64,000 nucleotides of DNA. It comes from an uncultured virus (IMG/VR IMGVR_UViG_3300042691_032227). Taxonomy: Duplodnaviria; Heunggongvirae; Uroviricota; Caudoviricetes. The stretch lies in the IMG/VR virus record IMGVR_UViG_3300042691_032227. One strand, given 5' to 3'. Positions 20,301-30,514 of this stretch are shown piece by piece. Position numbers and translations under genes: made by a program. The notes beneath the pieces are model-generated. The model did no database searches. It saw only the letters and a list, made by a program, of their open reading frames with translations, and had not been told where the DNA came from. Position 1 is the first letter of the stretch. Every line of letters begins with the position of its first letter.

Positions 20301-21766
20301 CTCCTGTAAATTTGTATGGAAGTCCAGCTGTTATTCCAAATCAAAATAACAGATACAATACACAATTCTATGCATATAATTTTCAAAGAACGCCAGTAGT
20401 ATATGGCGCTCCTATTTGCGATACTATATTATCTGATATTTTCCCTTACCAATTTGAAAAGTTTAATATTAAACAAGCTATAAATTCAAATCGGTACGGT
20501 CCTAATTATAAAGCTAATGCAAATATCAATAAAATTGATCAAAAAGTTAGTTCAAATTTAGTACCATATGAATATTCTACATATACAGATGATATTTTGG
20601 GTAGCGATTCTAATTTAGTAGGATATTACATTTCTCCATACAGTTATCTTAATACCAAGATAGAAGACTTTTTGGGTAAAGAAGGCATTAGTGATATTAT
20701 CGGAGATCCTAAATATCTAACATCTAGAAATTACCCAGAATTAAAGTTGAGACAAAAAGAATTTTCGGCTGCAAATATAAAATATACTTATCCACAAGAA
20801 TACTATTCGACATATAGATTTTATATCGACTTTTCTATATTCGACTTTGTTAAGAAACTAACGCCTACTCGTAGTACGTTAAAAACTGGATTATTGTTGG
20901 AACCATCTATTTTTGAACGTGTTAAATTCAATTATAAAGACACCGATTTTTCCGCATTAGATCCTAATAGTACTTCTAGCTTAATATCATTTAATATAAA
21001 TCCAAAATTTACATCTTCATTGTTGGATACAAACGATACATCAAGTTATACAATAATAAATGTAAAAAACATCAATACTCTAAAAACTGATAATAACACT
21101 TACAATTATTCAATGTTTGAGATAAAGGATGTGGTGGATGATAGGGATTTTATATATGCTAAATATGGTAAGAACGTGTATATTGATTCTAACGGTTATA
21201 ATGTAAGAAATGTAGTTAAATATCCAACTGATGAATACTATCTGTCTACAAATAATACCGGATCCGCTATAATTATTTTTACATCCAGTTATGATTTAAT
21301 TCAATCAATCGGATCTGGATCCGGTCAGTTGTCAAATCAAATAACAGGCAGCAATTCTCTCAAGAATCTTTACAGTGGATCTTCAGGCAACGGTTATTCA
21401 CAGAGACATTTGAGTAAGTTTATTAGAGTCGGATCAAGAGTTAAAAAACAAGCGGTTTCTGGATCTTTTTATAAGATAGTAAACGGTATAAAGTTATTAG
21501 CTCCAGGTGCTTTAAATTATTACACATATGTTAAAGGTCAAAATGATTCTACAACTACTGTAAATCGTCAAGGGTTACCAAATGGAAGTTCTCCAATTAT
21601 CACAATACCAGGCTTTTTGAGTGTTGATATTGAAAGCGATAACTTCCCTAAATATGGTGAATTAACAGGATCAGCAGGAGCTCCTAATAGTTTGTTTGTA
21701 CAATTACCACTAACATGTTCTACATGTACTAGTGCTAGTTTGAATAATTATATTATGAATTTATAA
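17327..21766 (+). CDS. Large baseplate wedge protein (gp7/gpI-like)
   Basis: 1479 aa; EISPSRTEIRL, MVGHFFD, NLPYIYKTKGT (gpI-like KGT motif); baseplate context. Confidence 0.6.
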   Translation: MPYDYLTINEQDLAYGIVSASYFDSNLQSLYEQQILNTEEFFGDSNDDIIELSVYNSNQQPISFDRIIPSTTFSIVESSYRDINNQQLSYRVANPFTNYALYKNELLLHSQFDLQFNQLSPGLYYTLYNPVRNIAGNTTNRLFIKEISPSRTEIRLSFAFNTALNETNRLDAVKISAFAEKKYIFLQIVDEIIPIIDKNPIDNSFNSEINNFNYFKYAQLLGFKSVAELQEFINLIYVGYDKNINLSSDPDAVITQNIKFVGIAEQLRNFVYQYNEVEFTKEEILNAFQIIVTKVSQDAILQRTTLTDIDLQETLNVFVQVVFNDWISPQTSDLLDKYFNKFYAFFKNALNFDNGNLVKILNHTSYFNPVDGRVNVQIKLDQPLPLQYSIKDTCWISNISLAPLYFKVNLYTAPVSRKVFLNGVNFSVAVPTVNPTNDNFRDDKSNTLFAAESRLQQKINDLLINYTDFNNFINFSSAELRTKIAKSKLSKYQSYNSTKNNIKTKANATTNTSISASYSQDLKIVIEEQISLLNSFDEYESYLFYYTGSIDDKLEEGINYDKNNFNSLFYQLPDYIKSEAAYGDYVKFTAMVGHFFDNILVFIKKFPKSYPIDYNDNNHYPKNYIEELLNNFNWDVTNVKFNRSNIPQLLFDQTQLTGSLSSSYFTYAKSIFNRITNNLPYIYKTKGTSDSFNLIRTIFGVSSDLINVVEYTSPDVLANRNVFYDFDDIIYAATFETDQFINFNFTGSEYKIFAGQQFYSGSYSQLTRSCVERFTGVSTVECTFRSSDFTKYNFRDRIPIIKKLRNDKVDWQVYLYKTKQAQSAKLIFELTPIESLITSSISSIELPYLNGDFYTFMLRKQPNETIEFDSLYIVSQSNALTQSLTSSAADKYVPHTYTLKVNQYYGTQLNFTDTQNKTILYNQNQYFSSGSYYVGNFSSSIQFYGNIDKVKVQKYALNDADFREHSYNLNSISIPEKSLVYENMYYLWSFDTPVNLYGSPAVIPNQNNRYNTQFYAYNFQRTPVVYGAPICDTILSDIFPYQFEKFNIKQAINSNRYGPNYKANANINKIDQKVSSNLVPYEYSTYTDDILGSDSNLVGYYISPYSYLNTKIEDFLGKEGISDIIGDPKYLTSRNYPELKLRQKEFSAANIKYTYPQEYYSTYRFYIDFSIFDFVKKLTPTRSTLKTGLLLEPSIFERVKFNYKDTDFSALDPNSTSSLISFNINPKFTSSLLDTNDTSSYTIINVKNINTLKTDNNTYNYSMFEIKDVVDDRDFIYAKYGKNVYIDSNGYNVRNVVKYPTDEYYLSTNNTGSAIIIFTSSYDLIQSIGSGSGQLSNQITGSNSLKNLYSGSSGNGYSQRHLSKFIRVGSRVKKQAVSGSFYKIVNGIKLLAPGALNYYTYVKGQNDSTTTVNRQGLPNGSSPIITIPGFLSVDIESDNFPKYGELTGSAGAPNSLFVQLPLTCSTCTSASLNNYIMNL

Positions 21767-21815
21767 CAGATTTTTTGATTAAAAACCAAAAACGATTGAT
21801 AATTATTTAATATAT

Positions 21816-22457
21816 ATGGCATACCTTAATAACAACGTTCTCACCGTCAACGCAATTTTGACAAAAAAGGGTCGTGAAGTATTGGCAAAGACGGGTGGAT
21901 TGAACATTACAGCTTTTGCTTTGGCTGATGATGAAATTGACTATACACAATTTAATCCAAATCATCCAATGGGCAGTGCATACTTTGATATTGCAATTCG
22001 TAACACTCCAATTATGGAACCAATTACGGATGAAACACAAACCATGAAGTATAAGTTGGTTACACTAAACGACGGTGTAACTTCTGTACCAACAATCAGT
22101 ATTGCGCCACCTGTAATTTCAGTACCTCGTACATATACATCAGCAATCGATATTATTCCAAGTACAAGTCCAGTTTATAATGTAACTTTGGGTTATACGG
22201 CAATTTTGTCAAATAAAAATGTTGGTACTCTTGTAGTAACCGAAACAAACAGTTTAAATTCTGCAACAGCAACTATTCCTACTTTCTCAGGCGATCTTGC
22301 TTCACAAGCTTCACAAGTTGTGGTAGGTAATAAGTTCAGATTTATACCTAATACGTCATTATCCAAGACTACTACAACAAATATTACAATTATAGGAAAT
22401 GAAAGTGGTGGTAGTGCTTCAATCAATGTGACCGTAAGTGTACCAACTACAAACTAA
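21816..22457 (+). CDS. Baseplate/tail-collar structural protein
   Basis: AILTKKGREVLA..ITAFALADDEIDY resembles fibre-attachment N-terminal domains. Confidence 0.6.
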   Translation: MAYLNNNVLTVNAILTKKGREVLAKTGGLNITAFALADDEIDYTQFNPNHPMGSAYFDIAIRNTPIMEPITDETQTMKYKLVTLNDGVTSVPTISIAPPVISVPRTYTSAIDIIPSTSPVYNVTLGYTAILSNKNVGTLVVTETNSLNSATATIPTFSGDLASQASQVVVGNKFRFIPNTSLSKTTTTNITIIGNESGGSASINVTVSVPTTN

Positions 22458-22463
22458 TAAATT

Positions 22464-23585
22464 ATGATATTCACTCCATTTACTCCAGACGATATAGTAG
22501 CAGGTAGAATAAACCAAGTATCATCCGGTATGTTTGGTACTGGCAGTTTGACAGTTGCACAATCGACATTTACATCTGCTTCAGCACAAGCCAACGTATT
22601 AACCGGATCGGGTCCATTTGATGTTAAAAACGGACAATACTATATTGACGTTTATAGCGGAGGAGATCAATATTTTGCAGTCGCATATGGTGATTACTAT
22701 AATTCAGGTAGTAGTTATTTCGACTATTCTGGTCAAAGTATAGCTAAAGTATATACCAACGAAACAAAAGTAATTTATACACAATATAAAAATACACTAC
22801 TACAACCAGGCGACACATTCTTTAGTTTTGCGTCTGGTAGTGTGGATAGTCCAGTAGATAGTTCAGCTATATTCGTATTGAACTATGTAGCTGACAAATT
22901 CCAAGATCAAATTGACCCTGGACAAATTCAAGTTAATTTAAGTGGATCATTTGGTCAATATTCATATATAGATGATTCTCAAGTTGTAAATACCCAACAA
23001 AATGTTTACAATTTAATTTCAGGATCAATTATCAACGGAGTACCAACACCTTACACCAAAAACGGTACAGTAACAGCTGTTTACGAAGGAATCGGATTGT
23101 TTTATCCTACAAATGGTATTGTAGTATTCAACGCAATTAAATTAGATGCTAAAGTTGGTATTACACCTACCAGTCCATCCGGTACACCACAAATTACGGC
23201 AACAAGACCATCCAATGCTTCATCAACTCAATTTAAAAATTATTGGAGAGATTGGATTCGTAAGTTTTATAATTCTTTAAGAAAATCCACCAAAAACATG
23301 GCGGTTAGAAAGAGTGAGTTTGTACCATCTACAAACTATTTCGTTCGTGTAAAGAATAAAGAATTTAATTATAGTAACAACCCAACATTTGTTTCCGATG
23401 GAAGTGATGGTCAAACAAAAGGTACAATTATTTATCCAGCTTTGATAAGTAATCCTCGTACTTACATCACTACAGTAGGATTATATGATGCTAATAACGA
23501 ACTATTAGCCGTGGGTAAATTGAGTAAGCCTACACAAAAATCATTTGATAATGAATTGTTGATTAAATGTAGAATCGATTTTTAA
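22464..23585 (+). CDS. Virion structural (baseplate) protein
   Basis: C-terminal EFNYSNNPT..YITTVGLYDANNELLAVGKLSKP motif. Confidence 0.65.
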   Translation: MIFTPFTPDDIVAGRINQVSSGMFGTGSLTVAQSTFTSASAQANVLTGSGPFDVKNGQYYIDVYSGGDQYFAVAYGDYYNSGSSYFDYSGQSIAKVYTNETKVIYTQYKNTLLQPGDTFFSFASGSVDSPVDSSAIFVLNYVADKFQDQIDPGQIQVNLSGSFGQYSYIDDSQVVNTQQNVYNLISGSIINGVPTPYTKNGTVTAVYEGIGLFYPTNGIVVFNAIKLDAKVGITPTSPSGTPQITATRPSNASSTQFKNYWRDWIRKFYNSLRKSTKNMAVRKSEFVPSTNYFVRVKNKEFNYSNNPTFVSDGSDGQTKGTIIYPALISNPRTYITTVGLYDANNELLAVGKLSKPTQKSFDNELLIKCRIDF

Positions 23586-23620
23586 TTTAAATAAGTTTAA
23601 TTTTTCCTATTTATATTGGG

Positions 23621-26098
23621 ATGATTAAGTTTCTTAAAAATCAAGATATACAGATTACTACATTTGCAGTTGCTAAGAAAAAAATTGCTAATAACATTTT
23701 TTATGATTTAATTCTTGCAAGCGACGGTACATATGATTTTCCACTTATCATTCCTGTACAAGAATGTGGTTACAATTATAATAGTTTGCAAACAGGTTCG
23801 TTTGCTTCTATAAATTATAATTGTGATGGTACTTCATTGAATACAAATGGATTTTTAGCAAGTTCTCCATTTACAGATCAAAATAATCCTGAATTTAGAT
23901 TGGGTTTAAAAATACCTTCAAGTTCCGTTTTTTATCCAGTAGGAGATCCAAATTATAATCCGCTTACAAATCCTACCAATTTAGACGGTACATATCAAGG
24001 ACAAGTTTATAATACAATTAAAAACATGTATTATAACAACTACAATAATGCATATCAACAATTTGGTATCGATGGATTTGATACTTCATTAGCAAAATTA
24101 AATCTTGATGATAAATTTGTAAGTTATACCCTAAATGTTACTCAAAGTGGAGATAAAATTAGACCCAAGAGTGTTATAATAAACAATCAAACCGGCGATA
24201 TAGTAGCCTACATTGTTGATGATGGTAACAATAATTTGTTTATATCAGGTTCATATTTTGTAAATGATTTTGAATTACAAACCAACAATACAGCATCCGT
24301 ATTAAATTATTGTTATCAAGGAATTGGTAGATATTTATGTGTGCCACCACCACCACCGCCACCTGCTCCATCACCAACACCTTCTCCTAGTGTTACACCT
24401 ACTCCAACAGTCACTCCAACTCCTAGTTTAACACCTACACCTAGCGTCACGCCTACTCCAAGTGTAACTGTTACGCCTAGTATAACACCTACTCCAAGTG
24501 TAACACCTACTCCAAGTGTAACACCTACTCCAAGCATAACTCCCAGTGTTAGCATAACACCTACTCCCAGTGTAACACCAACTCCAAGTGTAACAGTCAC
24601 TCCTAGCGTAACACCAAGTATTAGCGTAACACCTACGCCAAGTGTAACGCCTAGTATTAGCATAACACCTACGCCAAGTGTAACGCCTAGTATTAGCATA
24701 ACACCTACGCCTAGCACAACTCCTGCTGGAAGCGTGACACCTACGCCAAGCATTACACCTAGTATCAGCATAACACCTACGCCTAGCACAACTCCTGCTG
24801 GAAGCGTGACACCTACGCCAAGTGTAACGCCTAGTATTAGCATAACACCTACACCTAGTGGTACTCCAGGAGCAAGCGTGACACCTACGCCAAGTGTAAC
24901 GCCTAGTATTAGCATAACACCTACACCTAGTGGTACTCCAGGAGCAAGCGTGACACCTACGCCAAGCATTACACCTAGTATCAGCATAACACCTACACCT
25001 AGTGGTACTCCAGAAGCAAGCGTGACACCTACACCAAGCATTACACCTAGTATCAGCATAACCCCTACGCCTAGTATAACATCAACACCTAGTATAACTC
25101 CAACCACCAGTATTACGCCTACACCAAGCATTACACCTAGTATTAGCGTAACACCTACACCTAGTGGTACTCCAGGAGCAAGTGTGACGCCTACACCAAG
25201 TGTAACGCCTAGTATTAGCATAACTCCTAGTATAACACCTACGCCAAGTATAACGCCTACACCAAGTGTAACGCCTACACCAAGTGTAACGCCTACACCA
25301 AGTGTAACGCCTAGTGTCAGCATAACGCCTAGTGTCAGCATAACGCCTAGTGTAAGTGTAACACCGAGTATAACGCCTACACCAAGTGTAACGCCTAGTG
25401 TCAGCATAACGCCTAGTGTAAGTGTAACACCGAGTATAACACCTACGCCAAGTATAACGCCTAGCGTCAGCATAACGCCTAGTGTAAGTATAACACCTAC
25501 AACAAGCATTACACCTACACCTAGTATTACGCCTACAGTAACACCTACACCAAGCACTAGTACTGCTCCAGCCGGCGCTGCATATTTCGTTGTGTATCCA
25601 GCGGCTAGCGCATGTCCTCAACAAGACCCTTGTCCCGATCCTATACCAAGTGGGTGTGACTGTTACACAGGAGCTCCTACCGGAGCAAGATGTAATAATG
25701 GTAATATGGAAGTTGTATCATCGTGTGTATCACAAAACAGCGGTAATGGTATATTGGTTTATACACAATGCAATGCAAGTGTCACTATTACAGATACAGC
25801 TGAAGTTCCTCTAACGGCATTGGGATTGAGATGTAGTAACAAAGTTATAGCTACAGGATATATTAGTTCAGGCTTTGTTCCAGACAATGGCGCCGCCGTT
25901 ACATTGTATACTACACAAAAGGCTTATTCGCCAGTCGATGGTTGTTGTGTACAAAATGTAAATATTAACTATAATGTAGACTTTGACTCATTCCTAATTA
26001 AGTTGGCAGCTGCTTGTGGTAGTGGAACTGTCGAAGATCCATATCGTATATTCACACAAGGTTCTGAACCTCAATCTCCTTGTCAGTCATGTCCGTAA
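23621..26098 (+). CDS. Structural protein with mucin-like Thr/Ser/Pro tract and Cys-rich C-terminal domain
   Basis: N-terminal domain resembles ORF 22464; ~400 aa of TPTPS(V/I) repeats; Cys-rich tail. Confidence 0.8.
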   Translation: MIKFLKNQDIQITTFAVAKKKIANNIFYDLILASDGTYDFPLIIPVQECGYNYNSLQTGSFASINYNCDGTSLNTNGFLASSPFTDQNNPEFRLGLKIPSSSVFYPVGDPNYNPLTNPTNLDGTYQGQVYNTIKNMYYNNYNNAYQQFGIDGFDTSLAKLNLDDKFVSYTLNVTQSGDKIRPKSVIINNQTGDIVAYIVDDGNNNLFISGSYFVNDFELQTNNTASVLNYCYQGIGRYLCVPPPPPPPAPSPTPSPSVTPTPTVTPTPSLTPTPSVTPTPSVTVTPSITPTPSVTPTPSVTPTPSITPSVSITPTPSVTPTPSVTVTPSVTPSISVTPTPSVTPSISITPTPSVTPSISITPTPSTTPAGSVTPTPSITPSISITPTPSTTPAGSVTPTPSVTPSISITPTPSGTPGASVTPTPSVTPSISITPTPSGTPGASVTPTPSITPSISITPTPSGTPEASVTPTPSITPSISITPTPSITSTPSITPTTSITPTPSITPSISVTPTPSGTPGASVTPTPSVTPSISITPSITPTPSITPTPSVTPTPSVTPTPSVTPSVSITPSVSITPSVSVTPSITPTPSVTPSVSITPSVSVTPSITPTPSITPSVSITPSVSITPTTSITPTPSITPTVTPTPSTSTAPAGAAYFVVYPAASACPQQDPCPDPIPSGCDCYTGAPTGARCNNGNMEVVSSCVSQNSGNGILVYTQCNASVTITDTAEVPLTALGLRCSNKVIATGYISSGFVPDNGAAVTLYTTQKAYSPVDGCCVQNVNINYNVDFDSFLIKLAAACGSGTVEDPYRIFTQGSEPQSPCQSCP
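24344..25570 (+). repeat. Low-complexity TPTPS(V/I) coding repeat with nested 72-nt tandem units
   Basis: Unit [24 protein letters not shown] recurs at 72-nt spacing (e.g. 24721/24793; 24860/24932/25004). Confidence 0.9.
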
Positions 26099-26135
26099 GT
26101 TAAAAGTTATATGAACTAAAATCCAACGTCGTTAA

Positions 26136-26151
26136 AGACTCTTAAGAGTCT
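26136..26151. other. Perfect 16-bp palindrome
   Basis: AGACTCTTAAGAGTCT in the intergenic gap before the glycosyltransferase cassette. Confidence 0.6.
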
Positions 26152-26198
26152 CATAATTATAAAAAATAGTTACAAATATAACATGATATATTATAGAT

Positions 26199-28802
26199 AT
26201 GTCAAAGATATTTGTACAAATAGCGAGTTATAGAGATCCAGAATTAATTCCAACAATCAAAGATTGTATTGATAAAGCAAAACATCCGGAAAATTTAGTT
26301 TTTGCTATAGGATGGCAACATGATGAATCTGAAAATTTGGATGAATTCAAAAATGATAATAGATTCAAAATTATTGACATACCTTATAAGGAAAGCAAAG
26401 GTGTCTGTTGGGTAAGACATCAACTTAATTTATTGTATTCTGGCGAAGAGTATTGTATGCAATTAGATAGTCATCATCGATTTGTGGAAAATTGGGATGA
26501 ACAATTAATTGAAATGTTAAAAGATCTACAAAAAAAAGGATCTAAAAAACCATTGATTACTGCTTATATTCCGTCATATGAACCAAATAATGATCCTGCT
26601 GCTAGAGTACACGAACCGTGGATGATATGTTTTGATAGATATTTACCTGAAGGGCCAATATTTCCAACGCCGTCTGTGATACCGAATTATAAAAAGTTGA
26701 CTTCTCCCATTCCAGCAAGATTTTTTTCCGGACATTTTGTTTTTACACTTGGTTCATTTGTTAAAGAAGTTGTATATGATCCAAACCTATACTTTCACGG
26801 TGAAGAAATAAATATGGCTGTTAGAGCTTACACACACGGATATGATTTATTTCACCCACATAAAATTGTAGCGTGGCATTATTATTATAGAAATGGTGCG
26901 GTTAAACAGTGGGATGATGATAAGATTTGGAATGAGAGAAACAATTCTTCACATCTTAGAACAAGAAAACTATTTGGTATGGATGGCGAAATCAAAAATA
27001 TAGATTTTGGCATTTTTGATTTGGGTAAAGTTAGATCATTAGAAGATTATGAAAGATTTGCTGGAGTAAGATTTAAAGACAGAGCTGTACAACAATATAC
27101 ATTAGATCAAAAACTGGCACCAAATCCGATTATAGAAGATTCGGTTGAATATGAAAAGTCGTGGATACATGTTTTTAAATTTTGCATAGATATGCATGTA
27201 GATAGTGTTCCCGAAAACGATTATGATGCCTGGATCATTGCATTTAAAAATGCAGATGGTAAAGAAATTATTAGATGTGACGCGGATGAAAATGAAGTAA
27301 ATTCATTTAAAAGATCAAATCCTTCTGATAAATGGTATAGAATTTGGAGAACTTTTTATACAAAAGAACTTCCATACAGTTATGTATTTTGGCCACATAG
27401 TAAATCAAAGGGATGGACGGAGAGAATAGAACGTATCATTTATGATTTTAAAAAACCAATTCCACGTACACCCGATCCTGTCAGTCTGTGGAAACATATA
27501 AACAAATACAAGAAATCCAAAGTTAAGTTTAATAAAAATCCAAATAAACGTAAAATATTTGTTCATATACCGGCATATAGAGATCCTGAACTATTACCTA
27601 CGATAGAAAGTGCATTGACTAATGCTAAACATCCTGAAAGATTAGTTTTTGGAATTTGTCATCAATTTAATGAAGATGATAAGTTTTCTAGAGATATAGA
27701 CAAATATCGTAACGACGAAAGGTTTAGAATTATTGACATGGATTATACTGAAGCAAAAGGGTTGCCATTTGCTAGGTATCAGATCAACACAATGATGCTC
27801 GATGAAGAGTACATTTTACAGTTAGACAGTCATCATCGTTTTAATAAAGACTGGGATAATACTTTAATTGAAATGCACGACGGTTTAAAAAAAGACGGTG
27901 TTAAAAAACCACTTGTTGCTGGATATCTTCCTTTTTATGATCCAACTGACGATCCTAAATCTAGAACAAAAGAACCTTGGCAGTCGGTAATGTCTTGTTT
28001 TTATCCACACGGTACTATTTTTATTAGACCCGCTGCTTTTAAGAATCTTAATCAAATAACAAAACCTGTACCAGCTCGGTTTTTATCAGGCCATTTTTGT
28101 TTTGGTGATAATCACTGGGCTAAGACTATTAAACACGATGTGGATATTTTCTTTAGTGGAGAAGAAATAAATCTCACCGTTAGATCTTTTACACACGGAT
28201 ATGATATTTATCATCCACATAAAGTTGTTATTTGGCATTCAATGACTAGAAAAGAGCGTGATGGTATTCTTGTGTGGGATGATCAAAATAAAAGAGGTGA
28301 AAATTGGAGTGATTCACAGAATAAGGCGAGAGCTAAAATTAGACAGTTACTACAAACCGAATACAATGGATTTGATTTGACTGGATATGATCTTGGTAAA
28401 GAACGATCATTACATGATTACGAACTATATTCAGGTATATGTTTTAAAGAAAAATCAGTTCAACAGTATACTATGGATAATGATATTCCACCAAATCCAC
28501 CAATGTCAGACGATGAATGGAAAAAATCACTTAAAAAGTCATTTTATCATCTAGTTAATATTACTAGAGATCAATTACCTGCAAATGATTATTCTGCTAT
28601 TTTAGTAGCATTCGATGATGCTGGTGGTAAATCTGTAAATAGTAAATATATTGTTGGAAAACAATTAACCGATTTTATACATAACAGTACGCCAATTCAT
28701 TATGAAGAATATTTCTTAACTGATAGGTGGCCTATAAAAGTGGTTTATTGGGCAGTAAGTGAAACAAGAGGTTGGTCAGAACGTATAGAAATAAAATTAT
28801 GA
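26199..28802 (+). CDS. Tandem GT60-like polypeptide GlcNAc-transferase (two catalytic domains)
   Basis: Two copies of IFV.I..YRDPEL..QLDSHHRF..WD..LI..ARF.SGHF.F..F.GEEIN..VR..THGYD..HP, matching the Gnt1/GT60 signature with DSH motif. Confidence 0.82.
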   Translation: MSKIFVQIASYRDPELIPTIKDCIDKAKHPENLVFAIGWQHDESENLDEFKNDNRFKIIDIPYKESKGVCWVRHQLNLLYSGEEYCMQLDSHHRFVENWDEQLIEMLKDLQKKGSKKPLITAYIPSYEPNNDPAARVHEPWMICFDRYLPEGPIFPTPSVIPNYKKLTSPIPARFFSGHFVFTLGSFVKEVVYDPNLYFHGEEINMAVRAYTHGYDLFHPHKIVAWHYYYRNGAVKQWDDDKIWNERNNSSHLRTRKLFGMDGEIKNIDFGIFDLGKVRSLEDYERFAGVRFKDRAVQQYTLDQKLAPNPIIEDSVEYEKSWIHVFKFCIDMHVDSVPENDYDAWIIAFKNADGKEIIRCDADENEVNSFKRSNPSDKWYRIWRTFYTKELPYSYVFWPHSKSKGWTERIERIIYDFKKPIPRTPDPVSLWKHINKYKKSKVKFNKNPNKRKIFVHIPAYRDPELLPTIESALTNAKHPERLVFGICHQFNEDDKFSRDIDKYRNDERFRIIDMDYTEAKGLPFARYQINTMMLDEEYILQLDSHHRFNKDWDNTLIEMHDGLKKDGVKKPLVAGYLPFYDPTDDPKSRTKEPWQSVMSCFYPHGTIFIRPAAFKNLNQITKPVPARFLSGHFCFGDNHWAKTIKHDVDIFFSGEEINLTVRSFTHGYDIYHPHKVVIWHSMTRKERDGILVWDDQNKRGENWSDSQNKARAKIRQLLQTEYNGFDLTGYDLGKERSLHDYELYSGICFKEKSVQQYTMDNDIPPNPPMSDDEWKKSLKKSFYHLVNITRDQLPANDYSAILVAFDDAGGKSVNSKYIVGKQLTDFIHNSTPIHYEEYFLTDRWPIKVVYWAVSETRGWSERIEIKL

Positions 28803-29503
28803 TTATGAATGAGAAATATACAAAAATACTAGAGTTATCTAAAAATTTTAATCCAGATGTAATTTACTGGGATCGTGTTAGATTAGAACCATTTGAAAAT
28901 AGTCTAAGAAGTTATCCCGCAAAATGGATAAGAAAAACACATGAGTTTCTTAGAATTTTAGAAGCAAAAACTATAGTGGAAATAGGATCTACTCGTATAG
29001 AAACTACACAAAAATGTATCGACTATTATAACAAATCATTTGATATAAAAGAATGTGAGGCACCGCCTTGTTGTCAAGATGGACATTCTACTCATTTTTG
29101 GGCTAAAGAAGGATACGATGTATACACAGTTGATATAGATCCACATTGTAAGACACAATTAGAAAATCAGTATAAATATCATTTAAACGAAGATCTTCCA
29201 AGTAATTTACATATTTGCATTCCACAATGTGGAATTGAATTTTTAAAAAATTTTAATAAACAAATCGACTTTTTGTATTTAGATGGATGGGATGTTGGTA
29301 GTCATTTATATGCAGAAAAACATTTAGAAGCATTTATTACAGCAAGACCCAAATTATCTCCCTTACATTTAATATCTGTAGATGATACTGATTTTATAGA
29401 ACCTGTTGGTGGAAAAGACAAATTATTAACACCATATCTTTTACAAAATGGATATACAAAAATCGTGGGGGGGAGGCAATCGATATTTATAAATCATGAA
29501 TGA
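28799..29503 (+). CDS. Class I SAM-dependent methyltransferase
   Basis: IVEIGS, VYTVDID, IDFLYLDG, VDD motifs; ATG at 28799 overlaps the upstream stop. Confidence 0.7.
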   Translation: MIMNEKYTKILELSKNFNPDVIYWDRVRLEPFENSLRSYPAKWIRKTHEFLRILEAKTIVEIGSTRIETTQKCIDYYNKSFDIKECEAPPCCQDGHSTHFWAKEGYDVYTVDIDPHCKTQLENQYKYHLNEDLPSNLHICIPQCGIEFLKNFNKQIDFLYLDGWDVGSHLYAEKHLEAFITARPKLSPLHLISVDDTDFIEPVGGKDKLLTPYLLQNGYTKIVGGRQSIFINHE

Positions 29504-30512
29504 ATCTCCTAAAATTGCAATGTATTGTTTTGGCACCCCTATGAAATATAGGTTTGATTTACTACTAAAATCTTGTAGTGACGTTGTTAAGAATTATATT
29601 GTAATATTTACTACAAAATATTATTTTGAGTTGTATAAAGATTATCACGATTTATTTACGTTTGTTGTAATTGACGATTTACGAAACGATAATTTATTAA
29701 GTTTACAAAACGAAATATGCATGGAAGCTTCTTCAGACGAAGAGTTTTATTTAAAATTTAATCAATTTTATTCTATAAATAAAATTCAAGTGCCTTTGTT
29801 TTTAAACAGGTATATATTAAAATATTTTTCGGAAAAAAATATTCTAAATTTTGTTATTGTGGATACTGATATGGTTATACGAAACGATATAGAATGTATT
29901 GAAGATTTTTTTAATAATATACCTGTAGGGTCGGTTTATGCTTGGAATCAAGGATATCATACAAAAGAATCTTCTTATGTTAATATTATTTTTAATTTTT
30001 TGGAAAAATGTACTAATAATCAATTACCCAAATTTAAATTAGAAAATTTTCAGTTTCGTAACGATGATAGTTTTATTTATGGCGGAAATTTTAAAAATAA
30101 AAAAGATTTACTTTTATTATTTAATTTAATCGATACTTTTATAACTGAATCATTTTCTCTGAACCAGACTCTTTTATTTAAAGGAACGTATTATCACAAT
30201 TTTATTTGGACATTTCCAACGGCATTTGATATATTAAAAAATAACTTAGATTATTTATATTTAAATGCACAAGATCTAACTCATTTACCAAAATGGGGTA
30301 ATATAATGATTCATAAAACTAGGCCGGAGGATACATTTCATTCAGTTGGTTCCCGTTCATGTTGGGACCATTTTTCTTTTGACTATTCGGATGTAACGTC
30401 TATATCAAAATTTATTAAAAACAATAAGTTACAACTTAAAAAATATTATGATCAACATCTCCCAATTTTAGAAATTACCGATACCCACGTTTATACCACG
30501 ATTGGAAATTAA
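29496..30512 (+). CDS. Putative glycosyltransferase-like protein
   Basis: FVIVDTDMVI DxD motif; within glycan cassette; very AT-rich. Confidence 0.45.
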   Translation: MNESPKIAMYCFGTPMKYRFDLLLKSCSDVVKNYIVIFTTKYYFELYKDYHDLFTFVVIDDLRNDNLLSLQNEICMEASSDEEFYLKFNQFYSINKIQVPLFLNRYILKYFSEKNILNFVIVDTDMVIRNDIECIEDFFNNIPVGSVYAWNQGYHTKESSYVNIIFNFLEKCTNNQLPKFKLENFQFRNDDSFIYGGNFKNKKDLLLLFNLIDTFITESFSLNQTLLFKGTYYHNFIWTFPTAFDILKNNLDYLYLNAQDLTHLPKWGNIMIHKTRPEDTFHSVGSRSCWDHFSFDYSDVTSISKFIKNNKLQLKKYYDQHLPILEITDTHVYTTIGN

Positions 30513-30514
30513 AT

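Noticed and set aside
24344..25570. Possible CRISPR array or DGR template/variable repeat
   Set aside because: Repeats are in-frame, contiguous and without unique spacers; no reverse transcriptase or cas gene in the window
24316..25624. Long reverse-strand ORFs (413 aa GV-rich; 180 aa RRYT-rich)
   Set aside because: Antisense shadows of the TPTPS repeat, which lacks stops in those frames
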